Shown one piece after another: positions 49,767 through 59,314 of a stretch of 64,000 nt of DNA. The notes under the pieces are model-generated. The model saw only the letters and a list, made by a program, of their open reading frames with translations, was not told where the DNA came from and did not search any database. Positions within the stretch are counted from its first letter, which is position 1, and every line of letters begins with the position of its first letter. A program made the position numbers and the translations under genes. The DNA is from Bdellovibrionales bacterium (GTDB taxonomy: Bacteria > Bdellovibrionota > Bdellovibrionia > Bdellovibrionales > UBA1609). The DNA lies in NCBI GenBank assembly GCA_027317865.1, contig DAHVQG010000003.1:64001-128000 (forward strand), given 5' to 3'.

Positions 49767-51785
49767 ATGGCAAAAAAACTAATCTGTCTGCTCGTTTGCA
49801 TGGCAATGATAGACGGGCAGATGGCATACGGCCTTCGGTTACGGTGGTGGAAGCGACGCGCGTCGACGGAATGCGCGTCTCTTTTGGCTCCTGATATTCG
49901 CGAACCGACGCTCAATCAGCAACAAGCGCTCGCGACGGTATTCAACGACGCTTCAAAACTCGTGGAGCAGATGGGTCAAACAAAAGACCCTCCAGCATGG
50001 TACCGTGTGCTTAAAGATTATATTCTCCCGTACCGGCAAACTAAATCTAATCAGTTGGCCGTTGCCTTGGTTGGCCCGGCTAATTCGGGCAAGTCAACTA
50101 TTATCAATTCGCTAGCGGCATATTTTCAAAGTCCGACCGACATATCAAGGTCTGGCTTTGCCGAGCTGTCGACTTCGCGACCTGTAATCTTAGTCAATCC
50201 GGCGTTAGAAAAATCGTCATTACTTACTAATCGATTTGGCCCGGTAGTTCCATGGCAAACTTTGATGATGACCTCACAGGAGGGTTTACCGGTTGTCTAT
50301 CCGCTTAAGAATTTTTATAAAAACTTGATTTTAATAGATGTTCCATCCTCCGACAGCGATCCGCTTCGAACAATTGCCGACAAAGCTGTGCGATGGGCCG
50401 ACATATTAGCGTACACCTTTACGTACACGAGCTATCGAAATGATATCAATTTGCAACAGCTTCGCGACACCTTTGCGCGAATTGGCCAAAAACCAGTAAT
50501 ATTAATTTACCGGGCTCCCGCATCGATGCCAAAGCGGGATGCGGACGCCCATTTTAAAACCGTCACGCAAGCGATGTTCCCGAACGCAACAATTAATCCA
50601 GATACGGGCTTACCAACATTGATAAAAGGCGTCTACATTCTTCTTGAATCGGACAAGGTTGGTGCAGGATACGCGATTCCTGTTCTTAAGCCATACGGAA
50701 AAGCGGGAAAGAAATTGTGGGATGTTTTGCAAAATTATGATTCTGCTCCGTTGCCGGCAAGGCGGCAGTCCCTTCAAAACAATTTTACGTTTGTGGTAAA
50801 CGGCATTAATAAGGACATTATTAATCTGCAGCGCGAACAAGCCGAGCGAAAAGTGACTGATGAAGCATTTCAGTTACTGATGAAAGCCTCAGTTGACCGC
50901 ATGCTCAATATGTTCCCATATGATCGATTGGCTTCGGATTTACAAGAAATTTGGATTGGGCGACATCAAGGTATACATCAGTGGGCGCGATGGTTGGCGC
51001 ATCCGTTGCAGATGGCTCGTGGGCACAAAACCGTCCTTGAAATCGGTGAAATTGACCGCGATCGTATTGAATATTTTTTGGACAGCGCAGTTGAACAAAT
51101 TGTGAACGCCACATCACTAGCGGCTTCGCGCCGAATGATGAAATTTCCTTTAAAACTAAAGGGCGTAGAGAGGCTTCTTAAGTCTGTAGACGAGATGCAC
51201 AAGCGCTTTGGAATACCTGAAAAGCAAACGCCAAATTATAAAATTAAAAATGAAACTGTGGAATTTTATTTACCTGATACTCCGAAAGTCAACTCAATGC
51301 TCAACAGTTATTTACATCAGGATTGGGACAACATAAAAGTAGAAATTAAGAAAGCAGCTCTCGAAACCGTACTTCGTCTGACTTATACGATTCAAGCAGA
51401 ATTAGATAGCGTTGTGGGTAGAACAAGAATGCGGCATCGGTTAAAAAAAATGTTCTATTCAGGAGGAGCAGTCGCCCCGGCGGTTTTTTTAACCTTTTAT
51501 ATATTTTTTAGCGGCGTCGCAAGTCTTAAGGCTTTATTCGGTGCCTTTGCGGTTATGGTGAATGCGAGAATTTTAACGTATTTCGATGAACGCACGCTAA
51601 AACAAGATTTGCGCGAAATGGTTGCCAATTGGTTTAACGAACGACAATCGCCGTTTTTCATTGATCAACTCAATCATTTTGCAAGATTTGATCCGAAATC
51701 CGAACACGTTCCAGCTCTAAAAGAGTTTGGCCGGCTCCGGGCGGCGACTCGGGTTTTGCGCGAACATCCACCACAATGGAATTGA
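49767..51785 (+). CDS. Dynamin-like P-loop GTPase with N-terminal signal peptide and C-terminal TM hairpin
   Basis: G1 GPANSGKST, G2 STSRP, G3-like LIDVPSSDS, helical stalk, TM hairpin AVFLTFYIFFSG...LFGAFAVMV. Confidence 0.75.
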   Translation: MAKKLICLLVCMAMIDGQMAYGLRLRWWKRRASTECASLLAPDIREPTLNQQQALATVFNDASKLVEQMGQTKDPPAWYRVLKDYILPYRQTKSNQLAVALVGPANSGKSTIINSLAAYFQSPTDISRSGFAELSTSRPVILVNPALEKSSLLTNRFGPVVPWQTLMMTSQEGLPVVYPLKNFYKNLILIDVPSSDSDPLRTIADKAVRWADILAYTFTYTSYRNDINLQQLRDTFARIGQKPVILIYRAPASMPKRDADAHFKTVTQAMFPNATINPDTGLPTLIKGVYILLESDKVGAGYAIPVLKPYGKAGKKLWDVLQNYDSAPLPARRQSLQNNFTFVVNGINKDIINLQREQAERKVTDEAFQLLMKASVDRMLNMFPYDRLASDLQEIWIGRHQGIHQWARWLAHPLQMARGHKTVLEIGEIDRDRIEYFLDSAVEQIVNATSLAASRRMMKFPLKLKGVERLLKSVDEMHKRFGIPEKQTPNYKIKNETVEFYLPDTPKVNSMLNSYLHQDWDNIKVEIKKAALETVLRLTYTIQAELDSVVGRTRMRHRLKKMFYSGGAVAPAVFLTFYIFFSGVASLKALFGAFAVMVNARILTYFDERTLKQDLREMVANWFNERQSPFFIDQLNHFARFDPKSEHVPALKEFGRLRAATRVLREHPPQWN

Positions 51786-51814
51786 GTTCTTCAGACTTTG
51801 AGCGCTTTGTCGCG

Positions 51815-52387
51815 CTACAAGTTCACAGGTATACTCAAACACGCGCCATACATTTTGCTAGTGACGTTTGCTGATAACGGGCCATTCGAGTCTTTGGTAT
51901 ATGTGGCGTCGATATATTCGAAATTGATCGCGATAAGCGGGACAAGGTGAAAGCCGATACCAATTTTATAATCTGTGCCGGAGTAAGTGTCTTCATAACC
52001 AACTCGCGTTTGTTTTAAGCTCGAAGCGATGCCGTAACCAAAGTACATTCGCATGAGTGGGCCGTCGTAACCGACAAATGCCCCAACCGACGTTGGCGTT
52101 TCGCTGTCGTTTGGAGAGTATTGATCCGTCCAAGACCCTGACATGGCATCGCCACCGAGCATGAATCCCATGGACTCAACTCCGACGCGGGCACCGTACG
52201 TCGCGCCGCTTTGGTGTGCGGAACATGTTGTACAATTTGAACTTTTGCTCCACTGCCCAGAATCGTATCCCACATAGGGCTCAAGTAAAAGACCGGCATG
52301 GGCCGTTTGCGAATTAAAAAATAGACCCAGCATTGCTACTGTGGCACAAATCGTTGCAATTAAAGGAGCCCTTCGCGTGCAATCCAT
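51815..52387 (-). CDS. Small outer-membrane beta-barrel protein
   Basis: Signal AHA-G, LLLEPYVGY first strand, ~8 amphipathic strands. Confidence 0.8.
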   Translation of the reverse strand: MDCTRRAPLIATICATVAMLGLFFNSQTAHAGLLLEPYVGYDSGQWSKSSNCTTCSAHQSGATYGARVGVESMGFMLGGDAMSGSWTDQYSPNDSETPTSVGAFVGYDGPLMRMYFGYGIASSLKQTRVGYEDTYSGTDYKIGIGFHLVPLIAINFEYIDATYTKDSNGPLSANVTSKMYGACLSIPVNL

Positions 52388-53193
52388 GCATTAACTTTAG
52401 CAGGTAATCTCTTCTGAAGGGAAGGCTCCGTGCACAAAAAACTGCCGAGTTCGGCAAAATATTCGTCGATATCCGTCATTGAATAAATTGACGGAAAATG
52501 GTGCGCAATGGACCACTTTAAATCGAATGCAAAGGCCCTTTCAGGACTTAAGCCATACAGTTGGTTATATTGGTTAAATAACGAATAATACTCTTTTACC
52601 GTAATGGGACTAGGAGGGTCAGCAGGGTAACCGGACGCCGAATCCCAACCAAAACCCCAATTAAGCGCCTTTGCAAGCGAGGTCCAGAACGGCCGTGACT
52701 TGTCATCGTAATTTCGGGCGTAAGCGTATTGATGATAAAGTTCATGTATTAAGGCATGCACACCGACAGTCGTAGAATGAAATCGAAGCGGCCCCTCTGT
52801 GAAATAATCTTTGGCCAGATAAATAACGTAACCGTGGTATTGCGCCGAGGCGCCGAGCTCAGATGAACTGTCAACTAGCACCAAGCGAATTACATGCTGC
52901 TTTTTTGTCAGAAGCATATTCTGTAAAGGTGCAATATGTTGCGCTTTTGCGATTAATCGAAATTCTTTAAGGACGAACGCTTTCTTTTTTGGAGTCCAAT
53001 TGTAATAGGTAATTTCACCGGGCCCGTCGCAAAAGTTATTATTTTGCCAATGGCCGTTACAGTAAGCGGCATTTAAAAATTCGATCGGAAGGCGCCATCC
53101 AGGCACATAAGTAAGCGGTGTAGCGCGAGAAGCCTGCGAATATCCTATGAGACTCGTGGCGGCAAGTAGCAGAACACCTAAAAGAAATTTCAT
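52360..53193 (-). CDS. Secreted zinc metallopeptidase-like protein
   Basis: Signal peptide, HELYH and downstream YS...EYFAE gluzincin-like motifs. Confidence 0.7.
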   Translation of the reverse strand: MKFLLGVLLLAATSLIGYSQASRATPLTYVPGWRLPIEFLNAAYCNGHWQNNNFCDGPGEITYYNWTPKKKAFVLKEFRLIAKAQHIAPLQNMLLTKKQHVIRLVLVDSSSELGASAQYHGYVIYLAKDYFTEGPLRFHSTTVGVHALIHELYHQYAYARNYDDKSRPFWTSLAKALNWGFGWDSASGYPADPPSPITVKEYYSLFNQYNQLYGLSPERAFAFDLKWSIAHHFPSIYSMTDIDEYFAELGSFLCTEPSLQKRLPAKVNAWIAREGLL

Positions 53194-53317
53194 TTGATCG
53201 CCCCCCATTACTATGGCCGAAAAATTCAGAAACGACAGGGAGGTTATTTACCCGATTAAGCTCAAAATGTCAGCGATCGCGGTCGGCATTGGTAAATATG
53301 ACAATTACAATTCAAAC

Positions 53318-53989
53318 CTAATTCGGTTCAACTCGTCGATATTTGGTGGGGATGATGCGCGGACCTTGTCGAAGGCCGCGGCCCTTGTACAGACCGTCGT
53401 TCATGCGTGGACGAATGTAAACATAGTAGAACAATATCCCGGTGATTGCCCCGCCGATATGGGCCGCGTGTGCAATTGGTATAAAATCGCCACCGTGTAT
53501 TTGCCAAATGAAACCCGCGACGTCTAAACCCATAAAAGCGAGAGCGCCGGGCAATGCAGGCACAGGAATCAAACCTAAAATGTAAAGCCGCCACCGCGGG
53601 TACATAAGGGCGAAAACGAGAACCACTCCCATGATGGCGCCCGACGCGCCCAGCGCGGCTAATTGGGGTTGATGTAACATAAAATTTGATGTCCACGCAA
53701 AAACGTATGAGCTAATTACTCCACAAACCAAAAAAACAGCCAGAAATAAAATCGGCCCCAAAACTTTTTCAAGTACGCGGCCAAAAGTGTAGAGAACGAA
53801 CATGTTAATGAGTATATGCCAAACGGCGATTTGAGAAAAAACGGCGGTGAGTAGCGTCCAGTAGCGGCCAGCTTCAAGCGTCTGCCAGCTCACCAGAAAA
53901 TTATGGATCATAAATGTGGAGTGACTGGCTTCAGTCATGTGCCACATGATAAAAACGACAACGTTAAGTGCGATCAATAAACGGGTCAT
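53318..53989 (-). CDS. Rhomboid intramembrane serine protease
   Basis: WHILINM, GASGA, AHIGG. Confidence 0.9.
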   Translation of the reverse strand: MTRLLIALNVVVFIMWHMTEASHSTFMIHNFLVSWQTLEAGRYWTLLTAVFSQIAVWHILINMFVLYTFGRVLEKVLGPILFLAVFLVCGVISSYVFAWTSNFMLHQPQLAALGASGAIMGVVLVFALMYPRWRLYILGLIPVPALPGALAFMGLDVAGFIWQIHGGDFIPIAHAAHIGGAITGILFYYVYIRPRMNDGLYKGRGLRQGPRIIPTKYRRVEPN

Positions 53990-54089
53990 AATTTACCGCT
54001 CCGATCCCGTGAGCCTATGCCTTCTTACAGCGGTCAGCAAGCAGCAAAAAATTGTTGAATCTACTGACATGTTGCCGATAATGGGGCCT

Positions 54090-55214
54090 ATGATTATTTC
54101 GTCTATTCAATTCGATGCTGATGCCCTTGAATCTATGGTCGGCGGTCAAACCTTTTTGGATGTCGATCACCTATCGATTCAGAGTCGTGAACAAGGCAAA
54201 GCATTTTTTAAAGCTTACGGTTACGACGTCGACAGCGAAGACGATTTAAATAGACTATGGGCTTACCACCGAAAGGCGGTCACATACGTACAAGACGAAT
54301 TGCTTTTGCCGGACGAGCGCGTGCCGGTTACTTTGAGCGACCCAAAAGAGCTTGGCGACATTGTCAATATTTTGATTATGGCGTCGACAAAAAGCGGTGA
54401 ACTTCAAAGATGGGCAAACGCCATTTTAAAGGTCATGCATATTTTCGTTCACCTTGAAAACGATTTGTTCGCGCAGTTTTCCACTGAAATTCAAGATCAA
54501 ATTTTAAACCCCATTCAAAGTCACATTCATGAAGATCCGGTTATAGGTACGACATTGGGGCCGGCAATGGGGCCGCGCTCGATTGTGTTGAAGAAATTTG
54601 AAGTGAAACCGTTTAAAGCAACTGCGTCGTCGGTAACGAAGCTCTTGGCGAAGCGCGAGTTGGTGGCATTCAGTCTGCTTGATAAAATCGGCGTGCGCAT
54701 TGTAACCAAATATATGTTCGATGTGTTTCGCGTCCTTCGTTATTTTGTCGACCAAAACATCGTGAGCGTTGCGCATAACATTCCCGATCAAGCCAACAAT
54801 ACGCTTTACCCCCTCAACCTTTTTCTCGAAACGATGGAGGCATTGGACCGCGACGGTGAATATACTCCTGAGCAAATGGATAAACTGTTGCTGGAGCGAT
54901 TGCAGAAAAATGCGGATCGAGCCCGTTATTTTGAAAAAATAAATGCGTTTTCAAGCCACGATTTTCGATTTGTAAAATTCATCACGCGGCGGCTGGTTCG
55001 TATCGAAAACACGGTGACGCAAAAGAACGATAGTTCGACGAACCGTGCGCAACTGAGCTTTTTTTATCCCTACGAGGTTCAAATCGTTGACTATGAAACG
55101 TATTTAAAAAATACCACGGGCGCGGCTTCGCACGAGTTGTACAAGAAACGGCAAGTTGAGAAGGCCCGTGAGCGGATTTTGGGTGCAATTAATCAAAAGA
55201 ATTCGAAGAATTGA
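54090..55214 (+). CDS. TIGR04552-like protein (RelA/SpoT-type nucleotidyltransferase fold)
   Basis: K...SSVTKLLAK, DKIGVRIVT, FYPYEVQI, ASHELYK; start uncertain (54069-54090). Confidence 0.75.
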   Translation: MIISSIQFDADALESMVGGQTFLDVDHLSIQSREQGKAFFKAYGYDVDSEDDLNRLWAYHRKAVTYVQDELLLPDERVPVTLSDPKELGDIVNILIMASTKSGELQRWANAILKVMHIFVHLENDLFAQFSTEIQDQILNPIQSHIHEDPVIGTTLGPAMGPRSIVLKKFEVKPFKATASSVTKLLAKRELVAFSLLDKIGVRIVTKYMFDVFRVLRYFVDQNIVSVAHNIPDQANNTLYPLNLFLETMEALDRDGEYTPEQMDKLLLERLQKNADRARYFEKINAFSSHDFRFVKFITRRLVRIENTVTQKNDSSTNRAQLSFFYPYEVQIVDYETYLKNTTGAASHELYKKRQVEKARERILGAINQKNSKN

Positions 55215-55216
55215 TA

Positions 55217-55948
55217 ATGAAGTTAATTTTTATAGTCAGGTCAATTATTGCGAGCGGTATTTTTATTCTAGCGACGGTCGTTTACGGCGGCCTCGTGATT
55301 GTTTTAGCGGGTCTAACAGGTAATCCAAAAGTTATTGATATTCTATCGTGGCTCTGGGGGCGTACGACGGAATTAGCGTTTAACTTGCACGTGCATCGTG
55401 AAGGCGATGAGAACCTCCCGAAAGAAGGGTGCCTATTTATTTTCAATCACACCAGCCACTTTGATATTATTACGATTTACGGGCAGTTAAAAAAGAGCGC
55501 CCGCTTTGGAGCAAAAATCGAATTGTTTAAAATCCCGTTGTTCGGCCGAATTTTGCGTTCGACCGGAATGCTGCCTATCGCGCGTTCAAATCGCGAAGGT
55601 GTTTTGAAATTGTATGAAGATTCCATCGTGCGGGTTCGAAACGGCGAAAGCTTTTTACTTGCTGCCGAAGGCACGCGGCAAACGTCGCCGGGTGTGGGGG
55701 CAAAATTCAAGTCAGGCCCGTTTATCTTTGCGATCAACGGACAGTTCCCTATTGTTCCCGTCGTATTGAAGGGTGCAACAGAATGTCTGCCGAAGGGCCA
55801 GCTTCTTGCCTGTACGGACCGCTGGCGTCACGATATAAAGTTAAAATTTCTTCCGCCGATTTCAACAGTTGGCCTAACGCTTGACGATCGAGCGCGATTG
55901 CAAGAAGAGACGCGAGACCTTATGGCGAAGGCCTATGAAGAGATGTGA
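55217..55948 (+). CDS. plsC: 1-acyl-sn-glycerol-3-phosphate acyltransferase
   Basis: NHTSHFD, AKIELFKIPLFG, AEGTR, FKSG, PIVPV. Confidence 0.9.
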   Translation: MKLIFIVRSIIASGIFILATVVYGGLVIVLAGLTGNPKVIDILSWLWGRTTELAFNLHVHREGDENLPKEGCLFIFNHTSHFDIITIYGQLKKSARFGAKIELFKIPLFGRILRSTGMLPIARSNREGVLKLYEDSIVRVRNGESFLLAAEGTRQTSPGVGAKFKSGPFIFAINGQFPIVPVVLKGATECLPKGQLLACTDRWRHDIKLKFLPPISTVGLTLDDRARLQEETRDLMAKAYEEM

Positions 55949-55996
55949 ATTAATCCGTTTTGACCGGGTCATAAACATAAAGTAAACTTGTCAATT

Positions 55997-58900
55997 ATGC
56001 CATATAAACCCCTGCGCCCGATTCGCGTCGTGACGGCGGCATCCTTGTTCGACGGCCATGATGCCAGCATCAATATCATGCGCCGGATTTTGCAAGATAT
56101 GGGTGCGGAGGTGATTCATCTTGGGCACAACCGCTCGGTACATGAGGTAGTGAACGCGGTTTTACAAGAAGGCGCGCAAGGAGTGGCCATTAGCTCCTAC
56201 CAAGGTGGCCACATGGAATATTTTAAATACATGAAAGATTTGTTGCGCGAAGCCGGCGCGCCGTACGTGAAAATTTATGGTGGTGGCGGCGGCGTAATCG
56301 TGCACGAAGAGAAGCTCGCACTTGAACAATACGGCATCGATCAAATATTTCACCCGGATGACGGCCGTCGGTTGGGCCTTGAAGGGATGATCGAAGTGAT
56401 CGTGCGGGGTTGCGATTACGATTTGGTGAACGCGGCGAAAACAGCGGGTACGATGAGTACCGAATCGGTCCGACGCCGTAAAAATCAGAATAAATTGCTA
56501 CCCAATCGCAATGTCGGACTTTTTGTCACCGCGATTGAAGAATCAACGGTTACGCCGAAAAGCGCGAACTCCGGCCATGGCAGCGCCAAGGCAAATTCGA
56601 TCGATTATTTTCGCGAGCAATTGTCGAGCTTTCGGCGCCCGACTGAAAAATCCGCGCCACTCGTGTTGGGAGTCACGGGTACCGGCGGAGCGGGTAAATC
56701 AAGTTTAGTTGATGAATTGATTCAACGATTTTTAAATGTTTTTTCAGATATAAAAATCGGCGTTGTTTGCGTCGATCCGTCGAAACAAAAAACCGGCGGT
56801 GGGTTGCTCGGCGACCGGATCCGGATGAATTCGCTCAGTCGCGAGGGGGTTTACATGCGTTCTATGGCAACGCGCGGATCAGGCCGCGAGATTGCCGTTG
56901 CGTTGCCGCCCGTACTCGACGCGCTGAAAGAACTCGATTTTGATTTGCTTATCGCCGAAACTTCGGGGATTGGCCAGGGCAGCTCGGCAATTCTCGACGT
57001 TTCGGATCTGAGTCTCTACGTAATGACCGCCGAGTTTGGAGCGCAATCGCAACTTGAAAAAATCGACATGATCGATTACGCCGATTTTATCGCAATTAAC
57101 AAAGCTGATCGCCGTGGCGCCGAAGATGCTCATCGGGACGTTGCGAAGCAGTACCGACGCTCCCGCAAACTGTTTAACAATGATAATCCGATGCCCATTT
57201 TTCTCACGCAAGCGTCAAATTTTAACGATCGGGGGGTGAACGCCCTGTTTTCGGCCTTGTGCGCGAAGTTGAACCGGCCAATCGATGATCATTCGCGTGT
57301 CCGCCTTCGGGATACAGAAAAGCAGTCGATTGTTCCAGTCGACCGGCAAAACTATTTGGCGGAAATTGTCTCGACCGTTCGCAAATACAAAGCCGATGTT
57401 GAAGAAAAAGCGCAAGCAGCGAGCGAAATTGCGGCACTTCGCACGGTGGGTAAATTGGATTCGAATTTAGACGCCGAAACGCAAGCCATTACAAATAAAG
57501 CGCATGCGCAAAAAGAACACGAGCTGAAGCAAGTGTTTCGAGAGAGCGAATGGCGTGAACTCGAAGCGTTCGACAAATTACGTGAACAATATTCGGGCGA
57601 CGAATTGAGTTACCGTGTGCGCGGGCGCGAAGTAAAACAAAAATTAACGAAGACTTCGTTAAGCGGCTTGAAATTCCCCAAGGTGTTAGTGCCTAATATG
57701 AACGATTGGGGCGACCGATATCGCTATCTTGCGCTCGAGAACGTGCCCGGCAAATTTCCGTTTACGGCGGGCGTGTTCCCTCTCAAGCGTGTTGAAGAAG
57801 AGCCGATCCGCATGTTCGCCGGTGAAGGCCCGGCCGAGCGAACAAACAAGCGGTTTCATTTTCTTTCAAAAGATTTACCAGTGAAACGGCTTTCAACTGC
57901 GTTTGACAGCGTGACTCTTTACGGATTTGATCCGGATTTACGGCCCGATATTTACGGCAAAGTCGGTGAAAGTGGCGTCAGTATTTCGACGTTGGACGAC
58001 ATGAAGCGCCTCTATAACGGCTTTGATTTATGCGATTCGAAAACGTCGGTGTCTATGACGATCAACGGGCCGGCTCCGATGATACTCGCGTTTTTCATGA
58101 ATACGGCGATTGATCAACAGGTAGAAAAAAAAGAACGGGATCTCGGGCGAAAGCTTTCAAGCGGCGAACGCGACGAAGTGGTAAAGGCGACGCTGTCAAC
58201 AGTTCGCGGAACGGTTCAGGCCGATATTCTCAAAGAAGATCAAGGGCAAAACACATGTATTTTCTCGATCGATTTCGCGCTTAAAATGATGGGCGACGTT
58301 GAAGCGTATTTTATCGATCACAATGTGCGCAATTTCTATTCGGTATCAATTTCTGGTTATCACATTGCCGAGGCGGGTGCGAACCCAATTTCGCAACTCG
58401 CATTTACGCTGGCGAATGCTTTTACGTACGTCGAGTACTACCGGGCACGCGGGCTCAATGTCGACGACTTTGCACCCAATCTGTCGTTCTTTTTCAGTAA
58501 CGGTCTCGACCCCGAGTACAACGTGATTGGTCGTGTTGCGCGAAGAATTTGGGCGATTGCGATGCGCGATTTATACAAAGGCAACGAGCGGTCGCAAAAG
58601 CTGAAATACCACATTCAAACCTCGGGGCGGTCACTGCACGCTCAAGAAATTTCGTTTAACGACATTCGGACAACGCTTCAAGCGCTGATAGCGGTGAATG
58701 ATAATTGTAATTCGCTCCACACCAACGCATTTGATGAAGCCATAACGACACCCACAGAGCAATCGGTTCGGCGTGCACAAGCGATTCAAATGATTATCAA
58801 TCGTGAATTCGGCCAGACACAAAATGAAAACCCAATGCAGGGCAGCTACTTTACGGAATGGCTCACGAACGCCGTTGAAGAAGCTGTTCTTGATGAATTT

Positions 58901-59314
58901 TCGCGCCTCAACGCTCGTGGAGGCGTTCTCGGTGCAATGGAAACTCAGTATCAGCGCGGCAAAATTCAAGACGAGTCACTTTACTACGAAACTTTGAAAC
59001 ATTCGGGGGCCTTGCCCATAATCGGAGTGAATACGTTTATTGACCCCAAAACGCTGGCGGACGATTTCGCTCCGCCAAAAATTGAGCTGGCGCGGGCGAC
59101 TAAAGTAGAAAAGGATTTATGTTTAAAACGCACCGAAGAGTACAAGCGCAGCCACTCCACTGAGGCGATTCGTGAATTGAGGTTATTGAAAGAGGCGGCG
59201 CTCAGTGGCGAGAATATTTTTGCCGCGCTCATGACCGCGTCGCGCGTCTGCACGCTTCACCAGATGACCGAAGCGCTATTCGAAGTGGGCGGCCAGTACC
59301 GACGGAATGTTTGA
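55997..59314 (+). CDS. icmF: Fused isobutyryl-CoA mutase / MeaB-type GTPase chaperone
   Basis: N-terminal B12 domain FDGHDASINIMRR, GTGGAGKSS GTPase, mutase barrel RLSTAFDS, ISGYHIAEAGA, NSLHTN. Confidence 0.95.
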   Translation: MPYKPLRPIRVVTAASLFDGHDASINIMRRILQDMGAEVIHLGHNRSVHEVVNAVLQEGAQGVAISSYQGGHMEYFKYMKDLLREAGAPYVKIYGGGGGVIVHEEKLALEQYGIDQIFHPDDGRRLGLEGMIEVIVRGCDYDLVNAAKTAGTMSTESVRRRKNQNKLLPNRNVGLFVTAIEESTVTPKSANSGHGSAKANSIDYFREQLSSFRRPTEKSAPLVLGVTGTGGAGKSSLVDELIQRFLNVFSDIKIGVVCVDPSKQKTGGGLLGDRIRMNSLSREGVYMRSMATRGSGREIAVALPPVLDALKELDFDLLIAETSGIGQGSSAILDVSDLSLYVMTAEFGAQSQLEKIDMIDYADFIAINKADRRGAEDAHRDVAKQYRRSRKLFNNDNPMPIFLTQASNFNDRGVNALFSALCAKLNRPIDDHSRVRLRDTEKQSIVPVDRQNYLAEIVSTVRKYKADVEEKAQAASEIAALRTVGKLDSNLDAETQAITNKAHAQKEHELKQVFRESEWRELEAFDKLREQYSGDELSYRVRGREVKQKLTKTSLSGLKFPKVLVPNMNDWGDRYRYLALENVPGKFPFTAGVFPLKRVEEEPIRMFAGEGPAERTNKRFHFLSKDLPVKRLSTAFDSVTLYGFDPDLRPDIYGKVGESGVSISTLDDMKRLYNGFDLCDSKTSVSMTINGPAPMILAFFMNTAIDQQVEKKERDLGRKLSSGERDEVVKATLSTVRGTVQADILKEDQGQNTCIFSIDFALKMMGDVEAYFIDHNVRNFYSVSISGYHIAEAGANPISQLAFTLANAFTYVEYYRARGLNVDDFAPNLSFFFSNGLDPEYNVIGRVARRIWAIAMRDLYKGNERSQKLKYHIQTSGRSLHAQEISFNDIRTTLQALIAVNDNCNSLHTNAFDEAITTPTEQSVRRAQAIQMIINREFGQTQNENPMQGSYFTEWLTNAVEEAVLDEFSRLNARGGVLGAMETQYQRGKIQDESLYYETLKHSGALPIIGVNTFIDPKTLADDFAPPKIELARATKVEKDLCLKRTEEYKRSHSTEAIRELRLLKEAALSGENIFAALMTASRVCTLHQMTEALFEVGGQYRRNV

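Noticed and set aside
50511-50525. RAPAS in the dynamin-like protein as an RxPAS linker motif
   Set aside because: Falls at the G4 position inside the GTPase fold, so likely coincidental.
44599-53193. Accessory region as a prophage or genomic island
   Set aside because: No integrase, tRNA, att repeats or phage structural genes seen; a composition shift could not be quantified by eye.
53213-53527. 104-aa plus-strand ORF
   Set aside because: Largely antisense to the rhomboid gene, no RBS.
55997-59314. icmF as a type VI secretion TssM/IcmF gene
   Set aside because: Name collision only; the sequence is a B12-dependent mutase-GTPase fusion and no T6SS genes are present.
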